Positions 13,782-13,821 of a DNA stretch of 13,821 nucleotides are shown piece after piece (positions within the stretch are counted from its first letter, which is position 1; the number at the start of each line of letters is the position of its first letter). Both the position numbers and the translations under genes were made by a program. Below the pieces are notes generated by a model. It was not told the DNA's origin and ran no database searches. It worked only from the letters and a program-made list of their open reading frames with translations. Source of the stretch: Rhodospirillales bacterium (GTDB lineage: Bacteria > Pseudomonadota > Alphaproteobacteria > Kiloniellales > JAKSDN01); contig JAOUCL010000128.1 of assembly GCA_029859805.1 (NCBI GenBank), positions 1 through 13,821 on the forward strand, read 5' to 3'.

Positions 13782-13821
13782 GCGGTCCGGTCTGTCGTTC
13801 AGCCACTCACTTCCGCTTGGC

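Overview
This is a high-GC (about 68-70%) window that looks like a proteobacterial chromosome; an alphaproteobacterial origin is my inference from gene content and GC. Twelve CDS have coding-like GC3 and sensible start signals. These are an outer-membrane porin-like beta-barrel, a GFA/CENP-V zinc-finger protein, propionate--CoA ligase PrpE, a membrane-anchor-less SPFH/band-7 protein with a triplicated N-terminal motif, a small polytopic membrane protein, a second AMP-forming acyl-CoA synthetase (DmdB/AAE-like), a small conserved hypothetical protein, protoporphyrinogen oxidase (HemY family), an unannotated 59-aa two-TM ORF that the ORF track missed, a 188-aa lid-less classical AAA ATPase, and a tungsten/molybdenum-type aldehyde:ferredoxin oxidoreductase (AOR). 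A roughly 1 kb ORF-poor stretch at 5199-6231 carries two abutting tRNA-like genes on the minus strand. In my hand fold, one is Asn-like (GTT anticodon) with C33 and a broken acceptor stem; the other has a Trp/Arg-like body, a CGA anticodon and G37. Both intergenic flanks of hemY carry copies of a CACGAAG/GGCAC-rich repeat element, and the upstream copy folds into a roughly 100-bp compound palindrome. The many long ORFs in other frames or on opposite strands are Arg/Gly/Pro-rich artefacts of high GC. All calls are hand analysis; no database searches were run.
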